63,004 nt of DNA from an uncultured Nitrospirota bacterium (GTDB lineage Bacteria; Nitrospirota; Nitrospiria; JACRHA01): contig CAYZUL010000002.1 in assembly GCA_964481895.1 (NCBI GenBank), positions 26,347-89,350 on the forward strand. Direction: 5' to 3'. Numbering within the stretch: position 1 is the stretch's first letter; each line of letters starts with the position of its first letter. Below, piece by piece: positions 48,916 through 57,725 of this stretch. The notes beneath the pieces are model-generated. The model was not told the origin of the DNA, searched no databases, and worked only from the letters and a program-made list of their open reading frames with translations. The position numbers and the translations under genes are program-made.

Positions 48916-49659
48916 TCATACATTGAATTTAGCCCCTTGATCTCCTATTATCCTCATGGGGGTATTGTAGACCATAGAATAAGCAACATCCTCTCCAACG
49001 ATCCTGCCGGCCATCCTGACTGCCCTTGAGAGTATTGGCGGTCTTTTGTCCGGTGAATGCGCATCAGTTGCGATAATATGAATCATGCCATGCTCAAGGA
49101 GGGATTTGGCAGAACTTTTCGCCATATATCCAAAACCTCCTGTCAGGCTCATTGCTGTAAGCTGCGCCAATGCACCCGAATCGATCAATCTCCTTAATCT
49201 ATCCGGATTCCTCTGGATATGAAAATTCCTTTCCGGATGGCTGATGATAGGGGTATATCCTTTTGCTTTAAGATTAAAGATCAAATCCTCACAATTTGGC
49301 GGAAGCACCTGGGAAAATTCTATGAGGAGATACCTGCCATCATTAATGCCGATGCAATATCCGTTGTCAAGAAGGTGAAAAAACCGTGGGGAAAAATGGA
49401 TGTCGGCTCCGGGCATGATTTCTATATCTATATTCTTTTCTTTGGTTAGTCTGTTTAGCTCTTTTACTTTTTCTAAAATATTATCCCTGTTATTCTTATA
49501 AAGATCATCGTTTATATGCGGGGTAGCAACTATCTTTTTTATCCCATCAGCGGCCGCCATCCTGCAAATCGCAAGGGATTCCTCTATAGATGCCGGTCCA
49601 TCATCCATCCCGGGTAGTATGTGGGCATGGATGTCTATCATAGGGCCCCCTAAGACCAT
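48916..49659 (-). CDS. cpsB: CpsB/CapC-type PHP-family protein-tyrosine phosphatase
   Basis: IDIHAHILPGMDDGP, ISHPER and IATDAH metal-binding motifs. The start overlaps the wzc-like stop as TAATG. Confidence 0.88.
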   Translation of the reverse strand: MVLGGPMIDIHAHILPGMDDGPASIEESLAICRMAAADGIKKIVATPHINDDLYKNNRDNILEKVKELNRLTKEKNIDIEIMPGADIHFSPRFFHLLDNGYCIGINDGRYLLIEFSQVLPPNCEDLIFNLKAKGYTPIISHPERNFHIQRNPDRLRRLIDSGALAQLTAMSLTGGFGYMAKSSAKSLLEHGMIHIIATDAHSPDKRPPILSRAVRMAGRIVGEDVAYSMVYNTPMRIIGDQGAKFNV

Positions 49660-51797
49660 TATACCTTTGTCTTATGCCTTTCCTCTTTTTTATTCAGCCA
49701 TCTTTTCAGGAAGGATACCCCCTTCTCCTCTTCCCCGTCTTCATGATAGGTATGGTAGTAATTATACCCATAGCCATAACCGTATCCATCCCTCTCCATC
49801 GGGACCTTATTCAGGATGGCGCCTGCTATATTTGCCTTTACCATCTTAAGGGAGTCCCTTGCCTGCAGAGCCAATTTAATTGGCGTCTTATCGACCTCTA
49901 TAAGGATGAAGATACCGTCTGCCTTTTGACCAAGGACCATAGCATCTGTTAATCCTACTACCGGCGGTGTGTCTAGTATGATTATATCGAATGATTCCTT
50001 CAAGGCTGTCAGGAGTTCATCCATTCTTCTTGCCCCAAGAAGCTCCGACGGGTTTGGGGGTATGGGGCCGGAGGGGATTAATGAAAGGGCATCCAGATCT
50101 GGCTTGAAAAGGACCTCTGACCAGTTTAACCTTCCTGTCAGGATATTCGTAAGGCCCGGCTCCTGGGGTGAGTTGAAGATCTTATGCTGCATCGGTCTCC
50201 TAAGATCGGCATCTATGATCAATGTCCTTGCCCCATCCATGGCGAAGACTGACGCCAGGTTGGCCGCTGTGATAGATTTCCCCTCCCCTACAATGGCGCT
50301 TGTTATGAGGATTACCTGATTCCTCTTATCCATCTCGAAGAATTGTATGTTGGTACGGAGTGTCCTGTATGCCTCCATTATATAAGACCTGGGCCTTTCC
50401 TGCGCCATTAGGAGAATATTCCTTTGCTGGGTCTCTGCCAGTCTCTTTTTATTAATCAGAAAGCCATTCTTATGCCCTACAAGAGGAAGGATACCGAACA
50501 CCGGGAGAGCAAGGTGTCTCTCTGCCTCATCCCTCCCCTTTACCGTATCATCCATATGCTCAATGAAGAAGGATAACCCTATTCCAAGGAATAGGCCGAC
50601 AATGGCTCCCAGGATAATATTCATTGTCTTGTTGGGTTTTATGGGTTTCTCTGGGGGGATTGCGGCATCAATAACCCTTATATTACCCACCTCCGATGCC
50701 ATAGCAATCTCCGCCTCCTTCTCCTTTTTTAATAAGAATGTATATATACCCTCTGATACCGTAAGTGTCCGCATTATATTTGTCAGCTCCTGCTCGGCCT
50801 GGGGCAGCTTTTTTATCTCCTCCTCATAACCGCCTATAATCCCCGCCAGCGTCTTCTCCTTGATCCTTAGATCACCTAATGCCCCTTCCGCCTCCTTTTT
50901 TAATCTGAGTTTTGCCTCCTTTATCGACATATTTATCTTGATTATTGATGGGTGATCTTCTGTATGATAGTTGAGCATAGATGCCCTCTGGACCTGAAGC
51001 TCCGCCAGTCTTCGTCCAAATTCGGCTACAGCAGGGTTGGCCATATTATTCCCGGTTAATGCCAATTCCTTGTTGCTTTCAAGTGAGAGGAGGATAGCCT
51101 CAAGGGCCTTCCTCTCCATCTCTATCTGGACCCTCTTCGTCTCCACCGCAGAGAGCCTATCTACCCTGGTTTTCATATCCTCACTTAAGATGGTTACACC
51201 CTCCCTTGATTTAAATCTCTCCATGGCCGACTGGCTGTTATCAAGATCTGTCTTTACTGCTTCGAGCTGTTTCTCCACGAATCCCTTTGCCTGGGATGCC
51301 TCGGCCTTAGCGACATTCAGGTTCTGTTCTATATACTCATAGCTCAATCTATTAAGTATCTTAGCCGCCCTTTCCGGGTCCTTGTTTTGCAAAGAGATCC
51401 TCAATAGATTCGTACCCTTAATAGGTTCTGCCTTTATTTCCTTTTGTAGTCCTTCTATCCTTTTTTGCAGGGTAGACTGCGCATCATCCTCATTTGGTAG
51501 GGCCCCCTCAACAACCCTTCCAATTATGGTCCGGCTCTTCATGATTTCTGCCTCTGTCTTTAATGGGTCAAACTGTTGGAAACCTAGATCAATAGGTAAT
51601 TCGCTAAATGAAACCGTAGGACCTTTCTTCTCTTCGATCTGTATTGTAGTTGATGCTTCATATATAGGTATGGCGGTAAAGGTAAATATGGCAGTTGATA
51701 GTAGTGTCCCCAAGAAGGCGGTTATAACTATCCACCTCCTTCTTCTAAGGATACTTAGATAATCATTAAGATGGTTTTCCTGGTCTTGATAGGCCAT
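49659..51797 (-). CDS. wzc: Polysaccharide co-polymerase / BY-kinase (Wzc-like, fused PCP-2a)
   Basis: N-terminal TM plus a Wzz-like and coiled-coil periplasmic region, then a second TM. Kinase motifs: Walker A SAIVGEGKS, A' IIDADLRRP, B IIILDTPP. Tyr cluster DGYGYGYGYNYYHTY at 49747-49785. Confidence 0.9.
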   Translation of the reverse strand: MAYQDQENHLNDYLSILRRRRWIVITAFLGTLLSTAIFTFTAIPIYEASTTIQIEEKKGPTVSFSELPIDLGFQQFDPLKTEAEIMKSRTIIGRVVEGALPNEDDAQSTLQKRIEGLQKEIKAEPIKGTNLLRISLQNKDPERAAKILNRLSYEYIEQNLNVAKAEASQAKGFVEKQLEAVKTDLDNSQSAMERFKSREGVTILSEDMKTRVDRLSAVETKRVQIEMERKALEAILLSLESNKELALTGNNMANPAVAEFGRRLAELQVQRASMLNYHTEDHPSIIKINMSIKEAKLRLKKEAEGALGDLRIKEKTLAGIIGGYEEEIKKLPQAEQELTNIMRTLTVSEGIYTFLLKKEKEAEIAMASEVGNIRVIDAAIPPEKPIKPNKTMNIILGAIVGLFLGIGLSFFIEHMDDTVKGRDEAERHLALPVFGILPLVGHKNGFLINKKRLAETQQRNILLMAQERPRSYIMEAYRTLRTNIQFFEMDKRNQVILITSAIVGEGKSITAANLASVFAMDGARTLIIDADLRRPMQHKIFNSPQEPGLTNILTGRLNWSEVLFKPDLDALSLIPSGPIPPNPSELLGARRMDELLTALKESFDIIILDTPPVVGLTDAMVLGQKADGIFILIEVDKTPIKLALQARDSLKMVKANIAGAILNKVPMERDGYGYGYGYNYYHTYHEDGEEEKGVSFLKRWLNKKEERHKTKV

Positions 51798-53276
51798 TTA
51801 GCGATGACCTACGGCGACAATATATATCAGGAGTGTCATAACACCTTGGGCTATGGTGAGATAATCCTGCCACCATTTAACTGATTTTTCCGGGACAAAT
51901 ATTGTATCCCCCGGCTGAATAGGTATATTCTCCCCCTTGGCCACAAGCTTATTATCCCTGTAGACCATCACCGTGGAGGTTTTCCCCCTCTCGCCAGGAC
52001 CTCCTGCAATCCCTATATAGTCATTGACAAACCGATTTGGCCTGAACGGAACAGGCCCAGGATTCCTGACCCATCCTGTTATGTAGACATTGCTTTCTAT
52101 AGCAGGAATGGTGAGTATATCACCATTTTTAAGGGGAATATTATGGGACTGGTCCTTTTCTACCATAAGTTTATATAGATTAACGGGAATTATCTTATTG
52201 CCAGGATTGTCGAGGATTCTCGTTATATATGACCTCTCAAGGTCTGACCATGGGTTTATCTCGCCAATCCTTAACATAAGATCTTTGACGGTCTCACTCT
52301 CTCTTAACTCAAAGATTTTAGATGACTCTCCACCTTCATTTCCTGTTTGCTTTACCTTTACTATCTTTTGTTCCGTCTTCACAGATGGAATATCTACTAT
52401 ATCTCCATTTTCGATCTTAATTGTATTGTCCAAAGGGTTACTGAGGTCGAGATTCAGGATCTCCTTCTTATAGTCCTCCCTTATACGGGTAAGTGTAACT
52501 TTATCCTTTGCCGCCTCAGGAGTAAGTCCCCCTCCCATCTCAATCAATGTATACGCTATCTCCTGCTCACTAAGGGTATATTTACCAGGCCTTTTGATCT
52601 CACCCTTTATAGTTACAGTCCCTTTATTAACGGGTACAAAGATCGTTGAACCATCTGGCAATAAAGGATTCTGATCAAGGTCTCCGCTCCTTAAAAATGC
52701 AAATATGTCAACCTTTCTGAGCAGGGCATTTTCCTTCCTTATTTCTATATCCCTTATCGACCCGCTCTCCAACACGCCTCCTGCCTCATCTATCAGTTCA
52801 GACAGATGGGTAATTGGCGTGGCATAATATATACCTGGTTTTTTTACCTCACCTAAAACAAAAACCTCAAACACACGGATGCCCGACAACGTAGTAGAGT
52901 TCTGTACGTTTCTATGAAATTTTGCCACTGCCCTTGCAACTTCTTCCTGCACCTCTTTTAGGGTCTTATTTCTTACGTCTAATGTCCCAAGAGTTGGAAC
53001 TACTATCTTTCCTTCAGCAGTTACTATAACCTGGTGATATAGGTCTACCCCGCCCCAGATCTGTATTATCAAGCTGTCTCCAGGACCAAGAAGATATTTC
53101 TCCGGTGAGACGGCTTTTAATAGTGCCTGACCCCCAGGGACCTTCCTTATAATAGAAAGTGATAAATTCTTCATACCGATTTCGTCTGGAGTATTTTCTT
53201 CTCCTGCCGCCAATACAGATGAAAAAACTATCGCTATAAATAAGATTATAAATAAAAGGTATGATTTTTTTTTCAT
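51798..53276 (-). CDS. wza: Polysaccharide export protein (Wza/OPX family, Poly_export + SLBB repeats)
   Basis: Signal peptide MKKKSYLLFIILFIAIVFSSVLAA. LGPGDSLIIQIWG is the Poly_export motif. There are several GD(I/T)..(I/V)P SLBB-like repeats and a C-terminal hydrophobic helix. Confidence 0.85.
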   Translation of the reverse strand: MKKKSYLLFIILFIAIVFSSVLAAGEENTPDEIGMKNLSLSIIRKVPGGQALLKAVSPEKYLLGPGDSLIIQIWGGVDLYHQVIVTAEGKIVVPTLGTLDVRNKTLKEVQEEVARAVAKFHRNVQNSTTLSGIRVFEVFVLGEVKKPGIYYATPITHLSELIDEAGGVLESGSIRDIEIRKENALLRKVDIFAFLRSGDLDQNPLLPDGSTIFVPVNKGTVTIKGEIKRPGKYTLSEQEIAYTLIEMGGGLTPEAAKDKVTLTRIREDYKKEILNLDLSNPLDNTIKIENGDIVDIPSVKTEQKIVKVKQTGNEGGESSKIFELRESETVKDLMLRIGEINPWSDLERSYITRILDNPGNKIIPVNLYKLMVEKDQSHNIPLKNGDILTIPAIESNVYITGWVRNPGPVPFRPNRFVNDYIGIAGGPGERGKTSTVMVYRDNKLVAKGENIPIQPGDTIFVPEKSVKWWQDYLTIAQGVMTLLIYIVAVGHR

Positions 53277-53695
53277 TTTAACTTAAATCAGTTATTTTAA
53301 AGAGCAAGACTACAAATAAAAATCCATTTGAGATGTCATGTAAGCTTCCGCCATTTTATGCATATAGCACATGTAAGATTTTACAAAATAACGTATTGTC
53401 TTGAACCAACCCTGGGCTAAGACCCAAGGCTTCCTGACCATTTATTAAAATTTATTATAATGGTGATTTTTTTAGAAACATTAATTAAAACCTGTATAGT
53501 ATCCTAAATGATCTTTTGGTATGATAAACAGTTTACTCTTGCACAGGGTATGAAGTCAAGCCTGCACTTAAGAAAAAAACTGGATAAATAGGATAAAAAG
53601 ATGCTTTTTCCCGAGAATAGGCGTGCTCCCGCCCTTTATGTATTCAGCAATAACAATTAACTAAATATTTAGATTTCCAAAGGCAATAGTTATTT

Positions 53696-53711
53696 AGCAA
53701 GACTTATGCCA
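53696..53711 (-). promoter_or_regulatory. Candidate sigma54 (-24/-12) promoter
   Basis: The minus strand reads TGGCATAAGTCTTGCT. This is TGGCA(T)-N5-TTGCT against the consensus TGGCAC-N5-TTGCW, with correct spacing. It lies in the 838-bp non-coding gap, about 420 bp upstream of the wza-like start. Confidence 0.35.
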
Positions 53712-53728
53712 CTTGATGTTTATATCCG

Positions 53729-53754
53729 TGCCCTGATCTAAAAAAGTCAGGGCA
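53729..53754. repeat. 8-bp inverted repeat with a 10-nt spacer
   Basis: TGCCCTGA-tctaaaaaag-TCAGGGCA. No U/T tract follows on either strand, so it is not a canonical terminator. It lies just upstream of the sigma54-like element. Confidence 0.75.
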
Positions 53755-54114
53755 TGGATTAGATTATGTGCAAAAATCTGGATTTTAGGTTTTTACTTGT
53801 TTATAAGTAAACTTCCACAGACTTACGCCAATAGTATTTCAAGGCAATAATAAAATAAATTTTAGCATAGAATTGAAAATACGTAAGATTAATTAAACAT
53901 TCTTGTAAGAATTATTCTGCAATACCTGCAAGATCTCTTGAACTTTGTCTTTCTCCATACTTATCTATAATAAAAATGTATTTCCTCGACCATCAAACAA
54001 ACCCAAAAGCCGGCAAGCTAACTCGATCAATGCAATCTTCTCAACTTTGGAACGAGAATCCTATCAAGCAAAAACTCCTTTTCGACCCGTTCTTTTCCTA
54101 TCCCTATCTCTGTA

Positions 54115-54384
54115 TTAATTCTGCCGTGCCTCCAGTCGGTCCAGCCGGCTCTTCAAAGACGAGACTTCACCCTCGATTGTTGTAATGCGCCGATCTAGCT
54201 CAGTATAAGAAAACTTTATCATGGCCTTGACTTCTTTGAATTCTTCCTTGACTTCTTCCCGAAACTGCTTTATTTCTTCCCGAATAGCGTCATGGCCTTC
54301 CGCTACCTGCCTGATCTCACTTCTGAGGCCCTCTGCAACTACTCCGAAGTACCTCTTAATCTCCTCGATTTCGCCTTTATCCAT
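54115..54384 (-). CDS. Small coiled-coil protein of unknown function
   Basis: 89 aa, highly charged, heptad-like (EEIKQFREEVKEEFKEVK...LKSRLDRLEARQN). ATG at 54384 is preceded by GGAGA 7 nt upstream. Confidence 0.6.
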   Translation of the reverse strand: MDKGEIEEIKRYFGVVAEGLRSEIRQVAEGHDAIREEIKQFREEVKEEFKEVKAMIKFSYTELDRRITTIEGEVSSLKSRLDRLEARQN

Positions 54385-54504
54385 TTAGATTCTCCATCAA
54401 AATTGTAGTATACAATTTGCCAGGTTAATGACTATTTTTTAGAACCTTTAGGATTGAATCTCTGAAGGATATCCGTCTCCAATACTTTAAAATAGAAATA
54501 TTCG

Positions 54505-54531
54505 CTTCCTGTCTTTCCTGTACTTCCTGTT
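54505..54531. repeat. Three tandem 9-bp direct repeats (YTTCCTGTN)
   Basis: cttcctgtc / tttcctgta / cttcctgtt on the plus strand, which is ACAGGAA x3 on the minus strand. They lie between the second cpsB-like gene and the small coiled-coil ORF. Confidence 0.8.
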
Positions 54532-54557
54532 CCATTAAGAAAAAAAGGGGGGGCCGA

Positions 54558-55313
54558 CTAATCTGAAATCAACTGATGATGCATCTCTTCATTAAAATTT
54601 GCAAGGGTCTTTTCAAGGTAACGCCATGCCTTGGAGAAAAATCGTTCTAACTGGGATGGCCGGTGGAGGTCTGTTCCTATGAAATGATAGAACCCCTGCT
54701 TTAATATGGCGTTCCCAGCCTCTTCTGCAGCCGGCCCATACTGACCGATCACTGAACCCAGATTTAGCTGAAGGAGGGCGCCATGTTCTATCCAGGTCTT
54801 TAACAAACCGAATCCTCTATCCCTCTGGATAAAGTCGTACCTCTCAATACGGGCGATAATAGGCTGAATATTACTGAGCCTGCACGCAAACAGGAGTTGT
54901 TCTATATATACAGGTGTGTTTAAAGATGGTAATTCAACCAGGATCAATTGCCTTTTATTGCCGAAGGTGAGCAGACTTAAAGGGTCCTCCCTGACTTTTT
55001 TAACGAGATAATCATCAAGGTAGTATTCCGCACCCAGTACGAGTCTAAAATCAGGAAAACGCTGAGAGGACAGATCGTATAACTTATTAAAACCGCTCCT
55101 AATGTCTTCCTCAGTATTATTAAAGATTTCAGGGTAGATATGAGGTGTTGTTACCATTCCTTTATAACCCAGGTCGATCAGGCCCTGGATGGAGGATAGC
55201 GCCTCGTCAAGATTCTGGGTTCCATCGTCAAGACCCGGCACCAGATGACTGTGGATATCGTATCTGAGTCTTGCCGCCGTGCATCGATCCTTATTAAGGG
55301 CCCTAATAAACAT
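54558..55313 (-). CDS. Second CpsB/CapC-type PHP-family protein-tyrosine phosphatase
   Basis: YDIHSHLVPGLDDGT, TPHIYP and IGTDLH motifs. 251 aa. Confidence 0.85.
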   Translation of the reverse strand: MFIRALNKDRCTAARLRYDIHSHLVPGLDDGTQNLDEALSSIQGLIDLGYKGMVTTPHIYPEIFNNTEEDIRSGFNKLYDLSSQRFPDFRLVLGAEYYLDDYLVKKVREDPLSLLTFGNKRQLILVELPSLNTPVYIEQLLFACRLSNIQPIIARIERYDFIQRDRGFGLLKTWIEHGALLQLNLGSVIGQYGPAAEEAGNAILKQGFYHFIGTDLHRPSQLERFFSKAWRYLEKTLANFNEEMHHQLISD

Positions 55314-55372
55314 ATTGCCTTTTAATTCTTACGAAGAGGATCTTACTTTGTATATACTCAATGTCAATTTGC

Positions 55373-56794
55373 CTAAGATGCACCCCGGCCCGCAAGGACA
55401 ACAAATATCGTTTTAAAAAAGATCTTAAGGTCCAGCTTGAGCGACCAGTTATCAATATACTCAAGGTCCAGCTCCATCCATTTCTTAAAATCTGCAATCC
55501 TGTTACGGCCATTCACCTGCCAGAGACATGTCAGGCCCGGCCTCATTGAAAGACGGCGTCTCTGCCAGCGTTCATAGTGTTCCACCTCCTCGGGAAGGGG
55601 TGGCCGCGGTCCCACCATACTCATATCCCCGGCCAGGACATTGTAGAACTGGGGAAGCTCGTCCAGGCTGATCCTGCGCAGGAAACGGCCAATCGGCGTA
55701 ACCCTCGGGTCCTTCTTCATCTTAAAAGCAGGCCCATCCATCTCATTAAGATGTCCTATATGGTTTTTCAATTGCTCGGCATTTTTCAACATAGACCTGA
55801 ACTTGTAGAGGGTAAAATGCCTCCCGTTCAACCCTACTCTAGTCTGCCTGAAAAATATCGGTCCCTCTGAGGTCAATCTAATCAAAAGGGCAATCAGGAT
55901 CATCCCCGGCATTAAAAGGATCAGAAGCATGGAAGCAATAACAATATCAAAGAGACGTTTCGCCATGAGAAGCGCTTCATTGTGTGGGGTCGTTGTAAAG
56001 GTCAGTAGCGGGATACCATAGAGGTCTTCCAGATGTACCTTCGCAATCATATGGGGAAAGAAGTTAATCGCTACGCGTGTCCTGATCCCCTGCTCCTCGC
56101 ACAAGAGAAAGATCTCTTCAAGCTCTTCAAGCCGCTTTCTCGAAACAGCAAAGACCAATTCGTCAATGACATATCTTCCTAACATCTCCCGGAGATCGGT
56201 TACCACGCCTAATACCGGATAGCCCATCACCTTTCCAACCCTGCTATCTGTTTGATCAGACACAAAACCAATCAGCCTAAACCCCCACTGTTTATGCCCG
56301 ACAATTACCTTTGCCAACTCCCGGGCCCTTCTCCCTGTCCCGACCAGGATAATATTCCGGTAATTATATCCCCTCCTCCTGGCAGAACGGACCATAAGAC
56401 GTAAAATAAGCCGATCGAGAAAGAGAAAGAGAAAACTGATCAAACCGAAGAATATGATAAAAAGACGGCTGATATAATCGGCTTTCAAGGCAAAAACAGC
56501 TGTCGTCAGAAGCAACGTCCCAAAAAATGAGACCTCTGCAACCTTCCAGACTTCATTCCAAAAAGGCTTGGTTCGCTGCGATTCGTAAAGATCGAAATAA
56601 TAGAAGAGGAACGACCATATTGGCAGAATGATATAGATCAGCCAGACATACTGCTGAAGCAGGAAGAGATGTTCATACTTATCTGAAAAATAGAGATCGC
56701 GGAACCTATACGTTATAAGAAATGAACCTACAAGGAGGAATAATTCAGTTAAATAAAGGAAGAGTGAAACGAGCTTTGCCTTCTGTTTTAGCAT
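55373..56794 (-). CDS. Large polyprenyl-phosphate hexose-1-phosphate transferase (WbaP/EPS sugar-transferase type)
   Basis: N-terminal TM helices, a central Rossmann-like segment (VGTGRRARELA), and the C-terminal Bac_transf domain (KFRSM...LDELPQFYNVLAGDMSMVGPRPP). Confidence 0.9.
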   Translation of the reverse strand: MLKQKAKLVSLFLYLTELFLLVGSFLITYRFRDLYFSDKYEHLFLLQQYVWLIYIILPIWSFLFYYFDLYESQRTKPFWNEVWKVAEVSFFGTLLLTTAVFALKADYISRLFIIFFGLISFLFLFLDRLILRLMVRSARRRGYNYRNIILVGTGRRARELAKVIVGHKQWGFRLIGFVSDQTDSRVGKVMGYPVLGVVTDLREMLGRYVIDELVFAVSRKRLEELEEIFLLCEEQGIRTRVAINFFPHMIAKVHLEDLYGIPLLTFTTTPHNEALLMAKRLFDIVIASMLLILLMPGMILIALLIRLTSEGPIFFRQTRVGLNGRHFTLYKFRSMLKNAEQLKNHIGHLNEMDGPAFKMKKDPRVTPIGRFLRRISLDELPQFYNVLAGDMSMVGPRPPLPEEVEHYERWQRRRLSMRPGLTCLWQVNGRNRIADFKKWMELDLEYIDNWSLKLDLKIFFKTIFVVLAGRGAS

Positions 56795-56866
56795 ATTATC
56801 CTGAAAAGTAATACATTTTGAGGATTTCTATTTATATTTTAGTTAACCTAGGATACCACGGTTATG

Positions 56867-57646
56867 CTACTCAATCCCAGAGATGTTTCTATATTTGAGA
56901 ATGAACTTTACCCAGCTTTTAAAATGCTCATAGTTGGCACGGCTAAAAGGATTTTTACGGCTCTTTTGACGATGCTCGTGGATGGCTACAGCCTCCGGAT
57001 GGTAGACTACTTTCCAACCAGCTTTTTTAAGACGCAGACAAAGATCGACATCTTCAAAATATAAAAAGAAACGTGGATCAAAGACTTCATCGGGTACTGT
57101 CTCTGCGCGGACCATCATACATCCCCCCAAGGCCCAATCAATTTCCCGTATAGTTGCGTGATCCCAGTCGGTCATTAAATGTTTTTGCAAGATCGGATGA
57201 TTCGGAAAGATCTTACATAGAAAAGTTCTCCGGAAAAGAATCGTGGGAAGGTCATAAAATTTTCTGGCCGAGGCCTGCACGTTTCCCTCAGGGTCAAGAA
57301 GCTTAGGAACAACCAATCCGACCCTACTATTTTTTTCCATAAAATCATTGAGAATTGAAATTGTATTTTGAAGAACCTGGACATCTGGATTTAAAATGAA
57401 GAGATATTGGGCATGAAGTTGCCATCTGGCTAAATTGACCGCCCTGCCGAATCCTAGATTTTTTTCTTGAGGCAGAAATTGTATATCTATATTTTTTGGA
57501 ATAATTCTATGAATCCTCCTGGGTCTATTCTCTACAACGACAACTTTAAATTTAGAAGACAGCGTTGAATTTGCAAGGGCCATAAGCGCCTGATCGAGAA
57601 GAGGATCCGATTGATAATCTACAATAATAATTCCTATATCATACAT
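56867..57646 (-). CDS. GT2 glycosyltransferase
   Basis: IGIIIVDYQSD, GFGRAVN and FEDVDLCLRLKKAGWKVVY. Confidence 0.85.
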   Translation of the reverse strand: MYDIGIIIVDYQSDPLLDQALMALANSTLSSKFKVVVVENRPRRIHRIIPKNIDIQFLPQEKNLGFGRAVNLARWQLHAQYLFILNPDVQVLQNTISILNDFMEKNSRVGLVVPKLLDPEGNVQASARKFYDLPTILFRRTFLCKIFPNHPILQKHLMTDWDHATIREIDWALGGCMMVRAETVPDEVFDPRFFLYFEDVDLCLRLKKAGWKVVYHPEAVAIHEHRQKSRKNPFSRANYEHFKSWVKFILKYRNISGIE

Positions 57647-57725
57647 CCCCTCAGTACCCTCGCAGCCCTATCTCTGAATACTCCTTGCTCAAGATGACTT
57701 CAGCGTTAAGCGTAGGAATAATAAA

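Noticed and set aside
53277-53695. A possible riboswitch (c-di-GMP or cobalamin) or a JUMPstart/ops antitermination element (GGCGGTAG) in the long leader of the export operon.
   Set aside because: I read the coding-strand sequence and found no ops octamer and nothing resembling the conserved cores of these riboswitches. A covariance-model scan is still needed to exclude them formally.
53976-54185. A plus-strand 69-aa ORF in the large non-coding gap.
   Set aside because: It overlaps the 3' end of the better-supported minus-strand coiled-coil ORF. It has no RBS and its composition is unremarkable.
55303-55512. A minus-strand 69-aa ORF spanning the WbaP-like 3' end and the cpsB-2 start.
   Set aside because: It is out of frame and overlaps two strongly supported genes.
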